Below are positions 9,356-20,317 of a stretch of 64,000 bases of DNA, in pieces. The notes under the pieces are model-generated. The model was given only the letters and a program-made list of their open reading frames with translations. It did no database searches and was not told the DNA's origin. This DNA comes from Sphingomonadales bacterium (GTDB taxonomy: Bacteria > Pseudomonadota > Alphaproteobacteria > Sphingomonadales > Sphingomonadaceae): positions 5,111 through 69,110 of the forward strand of contig SBGG01000076.1 of assembly GCA_006226685.1 (NCBI GenBank). The letters run 5' to 3'. The translations under genes were made by a program, and so were the position numbers. Numbering within the stretch: the stretch's first letter is position 1; the number at the start of each line of letters is the position of its first letter.

Positions 9356-12004
9356 ATGAAACGGATTGCGAAGCGGAGTTTGGGGGCGTTGCTGGTTTCA
9401 AGGTCCAGTATGGCGTTGCATATGGCGATGATGGGGGTGGTGACAGCATCGACGGTTCTGCCGTCCGCCGCCGCAATCGCCCAGACGGCGGTGCCGACGC
9501 CGGAATCCTGGTTTGGGCACCGCATGGGGACCGACCGGAAGCTCGAACCCTATGCCAGAATGGTCGATTATTACCAGGCGCTTGCCAAGGCGAGCGACCG
9601 GATCAAGGTGGTGGAACTGGGCAAGTCCACTGAGGGGCGTCCGTTCCTTGCCATGTTCATTTCCTCCCCGGAGAATCTGGCAAAGCTGGAAGATTATCGT
9701 CAGATGAACCTGAAGCTCGCCGATCCGCGTGGCGTGCCGAAGGAGGAAATCGACCGGATCGTCAAGGATGGCAAGGCAGTCATCGTGCAGTCCTATGATC
9801 TGCATTCCAGCGAAATCGGTTCGTCGCTGACGTCGGTCGAATTCACCTATGACATGGTGACACGTACCGATCCCGAGATGATGAACGTGCTGGACAAGGT
9901 CATCACCATCATCATGCCTTCGCTCAACCCTGACGGGCACGACATGGTGTATGACTGGTACACGAAATATGTCGGCACGCCCTATGAAGGCGCCGCGATG
10001 CCCTGGCTTTATCAGAAATATGTCGGGCATGATAACAACCGTGACGCCTTCATGCTCAACATGGTGGAATCGCAGCATCTGGGCGGCCTGCTGTACCGCG
10101 ACTGGATTCCTGAAGCCTATATCGACCATCACCAGATGGGCCAGTATTCGCCGCGCATTTCGATCCCGCCCTATACCGATCCGATCCGCCCCGCCGGCGA
10201 TCCGCTCGTCTGGCGGGAAATGACCTGGTATGGTGCTGACATGGCCTATGAGCTGGATATGGCCGATCTGTCCGGTGGTATCGGCGATGCCATCTACTCG
10301 GGATGGGGGCATTTCGGTTTCCACTGGATCACGCCCTTCCACAACATCACGGGCATGCTGGATGAATCGGCCAGCGCCAATCTGGCGACGCCGCTCTATG
10401 TTCATCCCGATCAGTTGAAGGGCGGTCAGCGCGCCGTGCCCGACAACAAGCCGCAGATGAACATGCCCAATCCCTGGACTGGCGGCTGGTGGCGTCCGCG
10501 CGATATTGTCGACCGGCAGAAGGTGACGTCATGGTCGCTGGTCAACACAGCGGCGAAGAACAAGGAACGCATCCTTCGCAACATGTATCTGAAGGCCTCG
10601 CGCCAGATCGAACGTGGCGCCGAGGGCGAGGTCAAGGCCTATGTCATCGAGGCCGGTCAGCATGACCCGCTGACCGTCAACAAGATGATCAATGCGTTGC
10701 TATTGCAGAATGTGAATGTCTATCGTGCTCCGGCCGATTTCATTCATGAAGGCCGCGCCTATTCCGCCGGTTCGTTCGTGGTGCCGATGAACCAGCCCAA
10801 TATGGGGCTGGTGCGGTGGTTGCTGGGGCAGACCTTCTTCCCTGATGACACCTATGCGCGGACCAATGACGGAACGCCGATCCGTCCCTATGACATGTCG
10901 ACCGACGCCATGACCGAATTCATGGGCGTTGAAAGCACGCCGGCAAAGTCGATGGTGACGGCGCAACTGGAACCGCTGGCGACGACGATCATCACCCAGG
11001 GAACCGTCGACGGCAGCGGCCCCTATCTGTTGTCGGGAAGCCTGAATGACAGTTTCCGGGCAGTGAACCTGTTGCTCAAGAGCGGCGCTACCGTTCAGCG
11101 CGTGACGACGCCCTCGGGTGCGGCCAGGGTTGGCGACTTCCTCGTGTCCGGTGCGGGAGGAGCTACGGCGCAGAGCATCGCTGCAAAGACCGGTGTGTCC
11201 TTCGCCTCCGCCGGAGGAGTGTCGTCTGCGGGCACGATCGCGGTCAAGGCGCCTCGTCTTGCCATGCTCAAACGCTATCGCGGCGGCAATATAGATGAAG
11301 GCTGGACCCGCTTCCTGCTCGAATCCTATGATTATGGCTACAGCTCGATCATGGATGCGGACATCAAGGCTGGAAACCTGATCCGGAAATATGATGTCAT
11401 CGTCCTGCCGGATGACAGCATTGCGATGATGACCGGCGAAACCGGTGGAGATGGCGGTTATGGCGGTTTCAACAGCATGGAAGGCGTGCCACCCGAATAT
11501 CGCAGCGGCTTTGGCGAGGAAGGCGTCAAGGCGCTGGAAGAGTTTGTGAAGGCGGGCGGAAAGCTCATCACCTTCGGCCGTGCGGGCGACCTGCCGATCA
11601 AGAAGTTCAAGCTGCCTGTCGTGAACGTGGTTGAAGGCAAGTCGGCGAAGGAATTCTGGTCGCCCGGTTCCACTTTCCATATGAAGGTCGATACCGGCAG
11701 CCCGCTGGCCTATGGCATGCCGGAAGATGCGCTGGCCATCTTCATGGCGGGGAGCCAAGCCTATGATGTGTCGCCGCGCATCCACAATGAGGATGTGAAG
11801 GTCATTGCTTCCTATCCGGAAAAGAATATTCTCCAGAGCGGCTGGCTGCTGGGTGAGGATATTCTTTCCAACAAGGCCGCAATGGTTTCGGTCAAGCACG
11901 GCAAGGGCAATGTGATCCTTATTGGCTTCCGTCCGCAGCATCGCGCTCAGGCTCACGGTACCTACAAGCTGCTGTTCGATTCCCTGATCGCGCCGGCTTC
12001 CTGA
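9356..12004 (+). CDS. Secreted M14-family zinc carboxypeptidase-like peptidase with a long C-terminal extension
   Basis: The ORF-track start at 9317 is GTG. ATG 9356 lies 5 nt downstream of GGAGG (9346-9350). The signal peptide ends ...LPSAAAIAQT. An HxxE zinc motif is present (DLHSSEIGS), followed by a later DHHQMG block. Confidence 0.85.
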   Translation: MKRIAKRSLGALLVSRSSMALHMAMMGVVTASTVLPSAAAIAQTAVPTPESWFGHRMGTDRKLEPYARMVDYYQALAKASDRIKVVELGKSTEGRPFLAMFISSPENLAKLEDYRQMNLKLADPRGVPKEEIDRIVKDGKAVIVQSYDLHSSEIGSSLTSVEFTYDMVTRTDPEMMNVLDKVITIIMPSLNPDGHDMVYDWYTKYVGTPYEGAAMPWLYQKYVGHDNNRDAFMLNMVESQHLGGLLYRDWIPEAYIDHHQMGQYSPRISIPPYTDPIRPAGDPLVWREMTWYGADMAYELDMADLSGGIGDAIYSGWGHFGFHWITPFHNITGMLDESASANLATPLYVHPDQLKGGQRAVPDNKPQMNMPNPWTGGWWRPRDIVDRQKVTSWSLVNTAAKNKERILRNMYLKASRQIERGAEGEVKAYVIEAGQHDPLTVNKMINALLLQNVNVYRAPADFIHEGRAYSAGSFVVPMNQPNMGLVRWLLGQTFFPDDTYARTNDGTPIRPYDMSTDAMTEFMGVESTPAKSMVTAQLEPLATTIITQGTVDGSGPYLLSGSLNDSFRAVNLLLKSGATVQRVTTPSGAARVGDFLVSGAGGATAQSIAAKTGVSFASAGGVSSAGTIAVKAPRLAMLKRYRGGNIDEGWTRFLLESYDYGYSSIMDADIKAGNLIRKYDVIVLPDDSIAMMTGETGGDGGYGGFNSMEGVPPEYRSGFGEEGVKALEEFVKAGGKLITFGRAGDLPIKKFKLPVVNVVEGKSAKEFWSPGSTFHMKVDTGSPLAYGMPEDALAIFMAGSQAYDVSPRIHNEDVKVIASYPEKNILQSGWLLGEDILSNKAAMVSVKHGKGNVILIGFRPQHRAQAHGTYKLLFDSLIAPAS

Positions 12005-12157
12005 GGACAGGCCCCTTCGAGGGCGAAGGCATGATGCGGGCGCGTCAGGCGACCGTGGGGCCTTCGTCCCCGGAGGAATGCGGGGCGGCCTGTGGCCGCA
12101 ACCGGAAACCATGCGCCTTTTCGTCGATAGGGTGCGAAAGGCAGGAGGAAGAACGAC

Positions 12158-13762
12158 ATGAGATCTTTGGCATTGATGAGCAGTGTGGCGATGGCCGCCT
12201 TCGTAATGGTGGCCGGCATCGATGCGGCTTCGGCGCAGCAGATATCGCCGGACCGGTTGAAGATATTGAAGGAAGACGCGATCAAGGGCGTCGACAAGCG
12301 GTCCAAGCTGGTTCAGGAAATGGTCGATTCCATTTTCAGTTTCGGCGAACTGGCGATGCAGGAAGTGGAAACGTCCCGCTATATCACCGGGGTGCTGGAG
12401 AAAAACGGCTTCACCGTAACGCGCGGCGTGTCAGGCATGCCGACGGCGTGGACCGCCGTGTGGAAAAATGGCGAGGGCGGTCCGGTGATCGCCGTCGGAT
12501 CGGATATTGATGGCATTCCCAAGGCCAGCCAGAAGCCCGGCGTTGCCTGGCGGGAACCGCTGATCGAGGGCGCGCCCGGCCATGGCGAGGGCCATAATTC
12601 CGGGCAGGCGGTGAACATCGCGGCCGCTCTGGCGGTCAAGGAAATCATGATCCGCGACAAGATCCCCGGCACATTGCTGCTCTGGCCCGGTGTCGCGGAA
12701 GAACCGGTGGCGGCCAAGGCCTTTTTCGTTCGGGATGGCATGTTCAAGGATGCCGATGCGGTGCTGTTCACCCATGTCGCGTCGAACCTGACCACAAGCT
12801 GGGGGCAGCCCAACGGCACGGGTGGCATTTCCGTTCTCTATACCTTCACCGGCGAATCCGCTCATTCGGCCGGGGCGCCCTGGCGCGGCCGCAGCGCGCT
12901 GGACGGGGTCGAACTGATGGATGTGGGCTGGAATTTCCGCCGCGAACATCTGCGCCCGGAACAGCGGTCGCATTATGTCATCAAGGATGGCGGCGACTTC
13001 CCCAATGTCGTGCCGTCCAAGGCGACCGTCTGGTATTATTTCCGCGAACAGTCGTTCGACCGGATCCGCAAAAATTACGAAATCGGGAGCAAGATCGCCG
13101 AAGCGGCGGCCATGATGTCCGATACCACGGTCAGCAGCCGCATCATCGGCACCGCCGCGCCGCAGCATATGAACAAGCCGATGGCCGAAGCCGCCTATGA
13201 GAATATCAAGCTGATCGGTCTGCCCGAGTGGACCGCCGAGGAGCAGCAGTTCGCCAAGGCGGTGCAAAAGCTGGTCGGTGGCGAGGAGACAGGGCTGGAT
13301 ACCACGCTTGCGCCGCTGTCGGAGCCGTTGCCGGAACCGAAGAGCGGCGGGTCGGACGATATTGGCGACGTGTCATGGACGCGGCCGACCATCACCATCC
13401 GTTTCCCGTCCAACATTCCCAATCTGCCGGGGCATAACTGGTCCAACGCAATCGCGATGGCGACGCCGATCGCGCATAAGGGCGCGGTGGCGGGCGCGAA
13501 GGCGATGGCCATGACCATGCTGGATTTGATGACACGGCCCGATCTGCTGGCCGCGGCCAAGAGCTATTTCACCGATGTGCAGACCAAGGACACCAAATAT
13601 CAACCCGTACTGACGAACGAAAAACCCTATATTGAAATGAATACCGACATCATGGACCAGTATCGGCCCAGGATGAAATCCTATTATTACAATCCGGCTA
13701 AGTACAAGACCTATCTGGATCAGCTCGGTATCAAGTGGCCGACGCTGGAAAAACGCCCCTGA
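12158..13762 (+). CDS. Secreted M20-family amidohydrolase (AbgB / aminobenzoyl-glutamate hydrolase subunit B-like)
   Basis: 534-aa ORF preceded by GGAGGAAG. The signal peptide is MRSLALMSSVAMAAFVMVAGIDAASAQ. M20-type metal-site blocks are GSDIDGIP and PGHGEGHNSG. Confidence 0.82.
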   Translation: MRSLALMSSVAMAAFVMVAGIDAASAQQISPDRLKILKEDAIKGVDKRSKLVQEMVDSIFSFGELAMQEVETSRYITGVLEKNGFTVTRGVSGMPTAWTAVWKNGEGGPVIAVGSDIDGIPKASQKPGVAWREPLIEGAPGHGEGHNSGQAVNIAAALAVKEIMIRDKIPGTLLLWPGVAEEPVAAKAFFVRDGMFKDADAVLFTHVASNLTTSWGQPNGTGGISVLYTFTGESAHSAGAPWRGRSALDGVELMDVGWNFRREHLRPEQRSHYVIKDGGDFPNVVPSKATVWYYFREQSFDRIRKNYEIGSKIAEAAAMMSDTTVSSRIIGTAAPQHMNKPMAEAAYENIKLIGLPEWTAEEQQFAKAVQKLVGGEETGLDTTLAPLSEPLPEPKSGGSDDIGDVSWTRPTITIRFPSNIPNLPGHNWSNAIAMATPIAHKGAVAGAKAMAMTMLDLMTRPDLLAAAKSYFTDVQTKDTKYQPVLTNEKPYIEMNTDIMDQYRPRMKSYYYNPAKYKTYLDQLGIKWPTLEKRP

Positions 13763-13902
13763 AGTCGCCGGGGTGACGGGATGGCCCGTGAGAAACGGGG
13801 CACCCGTCACCAACGGGCACCCTTCTTCTCGTCTTCCCCGTTCTTCCGGAGTGTCCGCACGCCGGGATGGCGGCGCTGCGTACCCATGGTCTGGAGAAAT
13901 AT

Positions 13903-15159
13903 ATGACGTTGACACTTGCCGATATCCGGCGGGCCGCGGAAAGGCTGGGGGATGCGGTGGTTCGGACCCCGTTCCTCTATTCGCAGACCCTTTCGGAACT
14001 GACCGGTACGGAGCTGTGGCTGAAGTTCGAGAATCTGCAATTTACGGGATCCTTCAAGGAACGCGGCGCCCTCAACAAGCTGCTGACACTCGGCGAGGAA
14101 GCACGTCGGCGCGGCGTGGTGGCCGTTTCGGCGGGCAATCATGCCCAGGGGGTGGCCTTGCATGCGCGGAGACTGGGCATTCCGGCAACGATCATCATGC
14201 CTTCCTCGACCCCGACGGTGAAGGTCAAACGAACGGCCAGCTTTGGCGCCACGGTGGAACTGGTGGGCAAGGATTTCGCCGAAGCCAGTTCCGCCGTACC
14301 CCAATATGTCGAACGGGGCCTGACCTTCATCCATCCCTTTGACGATCCCGACATCATGGCGGGGCAGGGGACGATCGGGCTGGAGATGGTCGAACAGGGG
14401 CCGCCGCTCGATACCGTGCTGGTCGCCGTGGGCGGAGGCGGGTTGATCGGCGGGGTGGCAACGGCCTTTCGCGCATTATCGCCGGAAACCCGCATCATCG
14501 GTGTGCAGAGCGAGCTTTACCCGTCCATGGCGCTGGCGCTGGGGCATCATGCCGGACCGTTGCCGGGCGGTACGTCCGTCGCCGAGGGCATTGCCGTCGC
14601 GATGCCGGGGGAACGGACATTGCGCGCGGCGCAGGACATGGTGGAGGATGTGCTGGTTGTGCCGGAAGCGTCGATCGAAGATTCCGTCGCGCTGCTCCTC
14701 CAGATCGAAAAGACACTGTGCGAGGGGGCGGGGGCCGCCGGGCTGGCCGCAGTGCTGGCCAACCCGGATCGATTCCGGGGGCAGCGGGTCGGCCTGATCC
14801 TGTGCGGTGGCAATATCGATATGCGCGTACTGACCGCCATGTTGCAACGCCATCTTGTGCGCAGCGGCCAACTCGTCCGGTTGCAGGTTACGATGCTCGA
14901 CAATGCGGGGACATTGGGGCCAGCGGCGACGATCATAGGCAATATGGGCGGCAATATTCTGGAAGTGACGCATGATCGCGTGTTCGGCGGAGCGTCGGCG
15001 CGATCGGCAAACACCATATTCACCGTGGAATTGCCGGATCGGGAACGCAATGTGGCGATGCTTCAGGCCTTGCATCAGGCCGGGTTCGAGGCGCGCCTGA
15101 TCCAGCAGGCCGAGCAGAACTGCGTTGCCCCCGTACCGGGTGATCCCGGTGCTCGATGA
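13903..15159 (+). CDS. Threonine ammonia-lyase (threonine dehydratase), PLP-dependent, with a C-terminal ACT-like regulatory domain
   Basis: PLP-lysine motif FTGSFKERGALNKL and a glycine-rich loop VAVGGGGLIGG. Start chosen at ATG 13903 after GGAGAA; the ORF track begins at 13867. Confidence 0.85.
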   Translation: MTLTLADIRRAAERLGDAVVRTPFLYSQTLSELTGTELWLKFENLQFTGSFKERGALNKLLTLGEEARRRGVVAVSAGNHAQGVALHARRLGIPATIIMPSSTPTVKVKRTASFGATVELVGKDFAEASSAVPQYVERGLTFIHPFDDPDIMAGQGTIGLEMVEQGPPLDTVLVAVGGGGLIGGVATAFRALSPETRIIGVQSELYPSMALALGHHAGPLPGGTSVAEGIAVAMPGERTLRAAQDMVEDVLVVPEASIEDSVALLLQIEKTLCEGAGAAGLAAVLANPDRFRGQRVGLILCGGNIDMRVLTAMLQRHLVRSGQLVRLQVTMLDNAGTLGPAATIIGNMGGNILEVTHDRVFGGASARSANTIFTVELPDRERNVAMLQALHQAGFEARLIQQAEQNCVAPVPGDPGAR

Positions 15160-15318
15160 GCCCGGCGCCTTGGTCGCAGGCTGGTTTCGCGCAGTGTTTC
15201 CGATCATTCCACCTGGTTGTAGCCCGATATCGGAAGAACCGGTTCTTCACGGTTCCGGTGCGGTTGTGTGTGGCATGCGGAACCTCCTTTCCCGGCACCG
15301 CTATGAAGGGTTTCTGTC

Positions 15319-16335
15319 ATGATGGCATTGGATGACTTTATGCCCAGCGGCAGGAAAAGGGTCGGGTGGATCGATATCTGCAAGGGTATCTGCATCCTGC
15401 TGGTGGTCCTGCTGCATTCCACATCCTATTATAAATTCACCGGCGGCGTGGTGCCCGACCCCGTCAATCGTCTTGCCAACGGGCTGGCGCCTATTCGTAT
15501 GCCATCGCTGATCTTTCTGTCGGGACTGATGATCAATTTCAGCCTGCGAAAGGGGACCGGTCCTTTTCTTGTGCGCCGCGCGACCATTTTGATCTGGCCC
15601 TATATCCTCTGGAATATAATCTGGGCATTCGCATCCGATAATGTGGCAAAAATGACAGATGGCTATTGGTGGCTGGGTAACTGGCACATGTGGTTCTTGT
15701 TTTTCATCATTGTCTATTCGCTGGTGGCTGTCATCATCCCTCGGAAATATCATGCGATGTTCGCAATTTATGCCTATCTTCTGTCACTAGCCATGGATGA
15801 CGGGACGAAATATGGAGAAAGACTGTTCTTCTTCATGTCCCTGTTCATGATCGGATCGGCGGTGGGGCAGAATTTGCCCCGGCTCGAACGGTTGCTGGCG
15901 CGCGGCAAGGTTTTGCTGCTGTTGCCCGCCGGGATCGGGGTATTGATCTACTCGGCGCTTTACGGCCCGGTGCGTTATTCGCCGCATGATTATGGCATGA
16001 TCGCGATCATCGTCTTCCTGACTATGGCTTTGTGCTACCGGATCGCGGATGGAACGCCATGGCCGTTTCTGGCCACGATGGGGCGCAATTCGCTCACCAT
16101 TTACATGGTGCACATGCCGGTCATTGCGCTGGTGATGAGCGGTTACCGGTCGGCGGGAATGGATTATTTCTACCCGGTTTTCCTGACCAGCTTTCTTTTG
16201 TCGATGGCCGTATCGATCACCATGATCCGGCTGCGCAAGAGCGTGCCTGTGGTGGACTGGCTGTTCGCTTTTCCCCTGAAGAGGAAGGCGATGCCGGGCG
16301 GTGCAAGCCGCCCTATAGGGGCCCGCATGAGCTGA
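15319..16335 (+). CDS. Acyltransferase family 3 integral membrane protein
   Basis: 338-aa polytopic hydrophobic ORF. The N-terminal block RVGWIDICKGICILLVVLLHS is typical of acyltransferase_3 (OafA/OpgC-like) proteins. Confidence 0.78.
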   Translation: MMALDDFMPSGRKRVGWIDICKGICILLVVLLHSTSYYKFTGGVVPDPVNRLANGLAPIRMPSLIFLSGLMINFSLRKGTGPFLVRRATILIWPYILWNIIWAFASDNVAKMTDGYWWLGNWHMWFLFFIIVYSLVAVIIPRKYHAMFAIYAYLLSLAMDDGTKYGERLFFFMSLFMIGSAVGQNLPRLERLLARGKVLLLLPAGIGVLIYSALYGPVRYSPHDYGMIAIIVFLTMALCYRIADGTPWPFLATMGRNSLTIYMVHMPVIALVMSGYRSAGMDYFYPVFLTSFLLSMAVSITMIRLRKSVPVVDWLFAFPLKRKAMPGGASRPIGARMS

Positions 16336-16389
16336 AAATGTCTCGAAGTTTCAGGATAGAGGGGGCCGACAGCCGAAGGGAAAGGGGCG

Positions 16390-16866
16390 CTAATCCGTGG
16401 TGATGGGCAGGGCGGTCTTGTAAACCACCGGGCGCAGGGCAAAACTGGTCGTGACCTGGGCCACGCCGGCGATTCTGGTAAGCCTGTGCCGCAGGAAATC
16501 CTCAAAGGCGTTGAGAGATTCCACCAGCACGCGAAGCTGGTAATCAGCGTCGCCCGTCATCAGATAGCATTCCATCACTTCCGAAAATCCGGCAACGGTT
16601 TCTTCGAAGGCGGCCAGATGCCGGTCATCCTGCCGGTCCAGGCGAACGCGGACAAAGGCGGTGACGGCAAGGCCCACATGCTCTGGATCCACCAGAGCCA
16701 CATAGCGGGTGATGACGCCATCACTTTCCAGTTGCTTCAACCGGCGCAGGCAGGGGCTTGGAGACAATCCGACCTTGTCGGACAGTTCCTGATTGGTCAT
16801 CCGTCCGTTGGACTGGAGCTGTTCCAATATTCTGCAATCTATCTCATCAAGCGATAATCTGGTCAT
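16390..16866 (-). CDS. Lrp/AsnC-family transcriptional regulator
   Basis: MTRLSLDEIDCRILEQLQSNGRMTNQELSDKVGLSPSPCLRRLKQLESDGVITRYVALVDPEHVGL is a clear AsnC HTH followed by a RAM domain. The start is taken at an internal ATG (16866) of the 16390..16929 ORF. Confidence 0.9.
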   Translation of the reverse strand: MTRLSLDEIDCRILEQLQSNGRMTNQELSDKVGLSPSPCLRRLKQLESDGVITRYVALVDPEHVGLAVTAFVRVRLDRQDDRHLAAFEETVAGFSEVMECYLMTGDADYQLRVLVESLNAFEDFLRHRLTRIAGVAQVTTSFALRPVVYKTALPITTD

Positions 16867-17042
16867 ATTTCTTATATTTAACGATAGAAGATGGATTATT
16901 ATTCTAATGAAGTCAGAAATATTGGTCAATTTATAAGAAAGGAAGGGTGCCAGTAATGGGGCCTGACCCTAGGGCTGAATGTCGATCTCTCCTAGAGGTA
17001 TCCTCGTCGATGCCGATATGGCCGGTGAGCTGCAAGGCGGCT

Positions 17043-18851
17043 TCAGGACGTAGCGGCTCCTTCCACGTCAAGATCGACCATGCCGTTGTTGCGGTCGATC
17101 CGAACCATATAGCGATGCGGTCCGGTTCCGGCGCGTAGCAGGAAGCCGGCGCTTGCCGGGTTCTGCCACGCCTCGTCCGTCATCGGGATGCCGGAAAGGT
17201 CGAACCAGTCGCATTGCTCCGGCAGGCGGGTGAACAGCGGCAGCGCCCGTGCCCGCCGGGCGGAGAGCATCGCGACATGGTCCTCCAGTTCCCGGTCACG
17301 CTGTTCCCAGTCCAGCCAGAAGGCGGCACCATCCTGCGCATAGGCATTGTTGTTACCGTGCTGGCTGCGACCGCATTCGTCGCCTGCCGTCAGCATGATC
17401 GTGCCGGTCGAGGCGAACAGCGTGCCGAGCAGTGCGCGCAGGCTGGTCTTACGCGCCGCCTGTATCGCGGGGTCGTCGCTCGGTCCTTCGGTACCATGGT
17501 TCCAGCTATGATTTTCGCCATGGCCGTCGCGCCCCTGCTCGCCATTGGCCAGATTATGGCGCTCTGCATAGGCAACGATATCGGCCAGCGCGAAGCCGTC
17601 ATGCGCGGCGAGGAAATTGACGCTGCGGCACTCCGGCCCGAACCGGTCGGACGATCCGGCCAGCCGCGTCGCCAGCGGCCCTATGCCGATGTCTCCGCGC
17701 CAGAAACGGCGGACATCGTCGCGGAACCGGTCGTTCCATTCGATCCAGTCCGGCGGGAAATGCCCAAGCTGATAACCGCCCGGCCCAATGTCCCATGGCT
17801 CGGCGATCATCACCCGGTCGGCGAGCCATGGATCGGCGGCGATCTCCGCGAAGATCGGGGCGTTGGCATCGAAGCCGGGGCTGCGCGCCAGCACCGGCGC
17901 AAGGTCGAAGCGGAAGCCGTCGACGCCGCATCGGCGCACGAAATGGCGCAGCGTGTCGAGCGCCAGCGCGCGCACGGCCGGATTGCCGAAATCGAGCGTG
18001 TTGCCGCAGCCGGTATCGTTGATGAGGCTGCCGTCCGGCGCATGGGCATAGGCATCGTTATCAAGCCCGCGCAGGCAGAGTATGCCGCCATATATATCGC
18101 TCTCGCCCAGATGGTTGAGCACGATGTCGAGGATCACGCCGATCCCTTCGGCATGGAGCGCGCGCACCATATCGCACAGTTCGGTAACGCCGCCGGGGCA
18201 CAGGCCCGGATCGAGCGCCATCGGCGCGACCGGATTATAGCCCCAGGCATTGCGCAGGCCGAGCGGCGGCAAATGGCGCTCGTCGATCCATGCGACGATC
18301 GGCATCAGCTCGACGGCGCTGACATGCAGTTTCCTGAGATGAGCGATTACCGCCGGATGGGCGAGGGCCGCCACTGTGCCGCGCAGCGCCTCCGGCACAT
18401 CCGGGTGCAGCATGGTGAAGCTGCGGACATTGAGTTCGTAGATAAGGCCGCCGCGCGTGAAGCGGGGCGGTTCGGGCGTGATGTCCGGCATCGGCGCGGG
18501 CACGGTTGCGCGCGGCACGATAGCGGCGGTGTCCCGGCCAAATTCGGTCAGGATCGGCGCCTGCACGAAGCGGCGGTCGAGTTCGGTCGCATAGGGGTCG
18601 ACCAGTAATTTGGCCGGGTCGAACCAGCATCCGCGTTCCGGCGCCCAGTCGCCATCGGCGCGATAGCCATAGCGTCGGCCGGCAAGATCACCGGTCAATT
18701 CGACCGACCAGATATCGCCATCCCGTGCCAGGGCGATGCGGTGTTCGGTGTCGGCATCGAACAGGCAGAGGTTGAGCGCGGCGGCTCTGGGCGCGCGCAC
18801 CGCAAAGCGCGTCGTCCGGGGCAGGACGGTCGCGCCGAGCGGGCCGGTCAT
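17043..18851 (-). CDS. glgX: Glycogen debranching enzyme (GH13)
   Basis: GH13 blocks GVILDIVLNH, GVDGFRFDLA and AEPWD. ATG 18851..18849 overlaps the glgA stop in an ATGA. The ORF-track start at 18923 would overlap glgA by 76 nt. Confidence 0.9.
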   Translation of the reverse strand: MTGPLGATVLPRTTRFAVRAPRAAALNLCLFDADTEHRIALARDGDIWSVELTGDLAGRRYGYRADGDWAPERGCWFDPAKLLVDPYATELDRRFVQAPILTEFGRDTAAIVPRATVPAPMPDITPEPPRFTRGGLIYELNVRSFTMLHPDVPEALRGTVAALAHPAVIAHLRKLHVSAVELMPIVAWIDERHLPPLGLRNAWGYNPVAPMALDPGLCPGGVTELCDMVRALHAEGIGVILDIVLNHLGESDIYGGILCLRGLDNDAYAHAPDGSLINDTGCGNTLDFGNPAVRALALDTLRHFVRRCGVDGFRFDLAPVLARSPGFDANAPIFAEIAADPWLADRVMIAEPWDIGPGGYQLGHFPPDWIEWNDRFRDDVRRFWRGDIGIGPLATRLAGSSDRFGPECRSVNFLAAHDGFALADIVAYAERHNLANGEQGRDGHGENHSWNHGTEGPSDDPAIQAARKTSLRALLGTLFASTGTIMLTAGDECGRSQHGNNNAYAQDGAAFWLDWEQRDRELEDHVAMLSARRARALPLFTRLPEQCDWFDLSGIPMTDEAWQNPASAGFLLRAGTGPHRYMVRIDRNNGMVDLDVEGAATS

Positions 18852-20317
18852 GATTTTTCCGATAGCAGCCGGGCATAGAGCCCGGCATAGGCTGCGCCGC
18901 TGCGGCCCCAGGAAAAATCGCATTTCATGCCGTTGCGCTGAATCGTGCGCCAGAGGTCGGGCTGATGATAGAGTGCGACGGTGCGGCTGATCGCGCTGCG
19001 CAGCGCATGATAATCGATGCCGTCAAATTGTATGCCGGTTGCTGTTCCGGCCGCAATCGCGGCGATATTGGCGTCGATCACCGTATCGGCCAGCCCGCCG
19101 GTGCGCGCGACCACCGGTACGCAGCCATAGGCCAGCGCGTAAAGCTGAGTCAGGCCGCAGGGTTCGAAGCGGGAGGGAACCAGTATCGCGTCGCCCCCGG
19201 CCTGCATCCGGTGGGCGAGCGGCTCGTCATAGCCGATGCGTATGCCGATCCTGCCGGGGTGGCGCGCGGCGGCGGCGTGGAGGCCGCTCTCGATCGCCGC
19301 TTCCCCTGCACCGAGCAGCGCGAGCCTGCCGCCGAGGCCGGCCAGATGGTCGAGTATCTCCGGCAGCACGTCCATGCCCTTCTGCCAGGTCAGGCGGCTG
19401 ATCGCGACGAACAGCGGGCCGTCACCCGGTTCCAGCCCGAATTCCGTTTCCAGCGCGCGCTTGTCGGCGATCCGCCGGTCGAGCGTGCGCAGGCCGTAGG
19501 GCGCGGCGATATAGGGGTCGCTTTCCGGGTTCCAGATCATGGTGTCGATGCCGTTGACGATGCCGTGGACCCGATTTTCGCGCGCAAGGATCACGCCCTG
19601 CAACCCCATGCCGTAATGCGGGTCCAGTATCTCGGCGGCATAGCGCGGGCTGACCGTGGTGATCGCGCTTGCCGCTTCCAGCCCGGCCTTCAGAAAGCCG
19701 ACCCCGCCATGATATTCGACCCCGTGCATCGACCATGCGGCATCGGGCAGGCCGAGCTGCGGGAATATCCCGGCGCCGAAATAGCCTTGAAAGGCGATGT
19801 TATGGATTGTCATCACCGTGGCGGGGATGTGGGCCGCGTCGGACGGGGCGAAGCGCAGATAGGCGGGGGCCATCGCCGCCTGCCAGTCATGGGCGTGGAG
19901 AATGTCGAAGGGCCTGCGCTTCGTGCCGCCCCCGGCAAGGTCCGCCGCCGCCCGGCCGAAGGCGGCGAAACGGCGCCAGTTGTCGGCCCAGTCATGCCCG
20001 GCGGGATCGGCATAAGGCCCGCCCTCGCGCGCGAAGAACCCCGGCGCATCGAGCACGACCAGCGGATGATCGCCCAGTTTTGCGGTGATCAGCCGGGCGG
20101 GCTCTCCCATCAGCGAGGGATAGCTGTGGATCGTCCGCCCCTTGCCGGCCCCTTTGCCGATCGCACGCATGACCGCAGGATAGCCGGGCACCATGGTCGT
20201 CATCGCCACGCCATGGGGCGCGACGGCGGCGGGCAGCGCGCCCACCACGTCGGCAAGGCCGCCGGTCTTGATCAGCGGCACCGCCTCCGAGGCGACGGAC
20301 AGAACTGAAATCGTCAT
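18848..20317 (-). CDS. glgA: Glycogen synthase (ADP-glucose type)
   Basis: The N-terminus [29 protein letters not shown] carries the KTGGL motif. ATG 20317 overlaps the glgC stop (ATGA). Confidence 0.93.
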   Translation of the reverse strand: MTISVLSVASEAVPLIKTGGLADVVGALPAAVAPHGVAMTTMVPGYPAVMRAIGKGAGKGRTIHSYPSLMGEPARLITAKLGDHPLVVLDAPGFFAREGGPYADPAGHDWADNWRRFAAFGRAAADLAGGGTKRRPFDILHAHDWQAAMAPAYLRFAPSDAAHIPATVMTIHNIAFQGYFGAGIFPQLGLPDAAWSMHGVEYHGGVGFLKAGLEAASAITTVSPRYAAEILDPHYGMGLQGVILARENRVHGIVNGIDTMIWNPESDPYIAAPYGLRTLDRRIADKRALETEFGLEPGDGPLFVAISRLTWQKGMDVLPEILDHLAGLGGRLALLGAGEAAIESGLHAAAARHPGRIGIRIGYDEPLAHRMQAGGDAILVPSRFEPCGLTQLYALAYGCVPVVARTGGLADTVIDANIAAIAAGTATGIQFDGIDYHALRSAISRTVALYHQPDLWRTIQRNGMKCDFSWGRSGAAYAGLYARLLSEKS

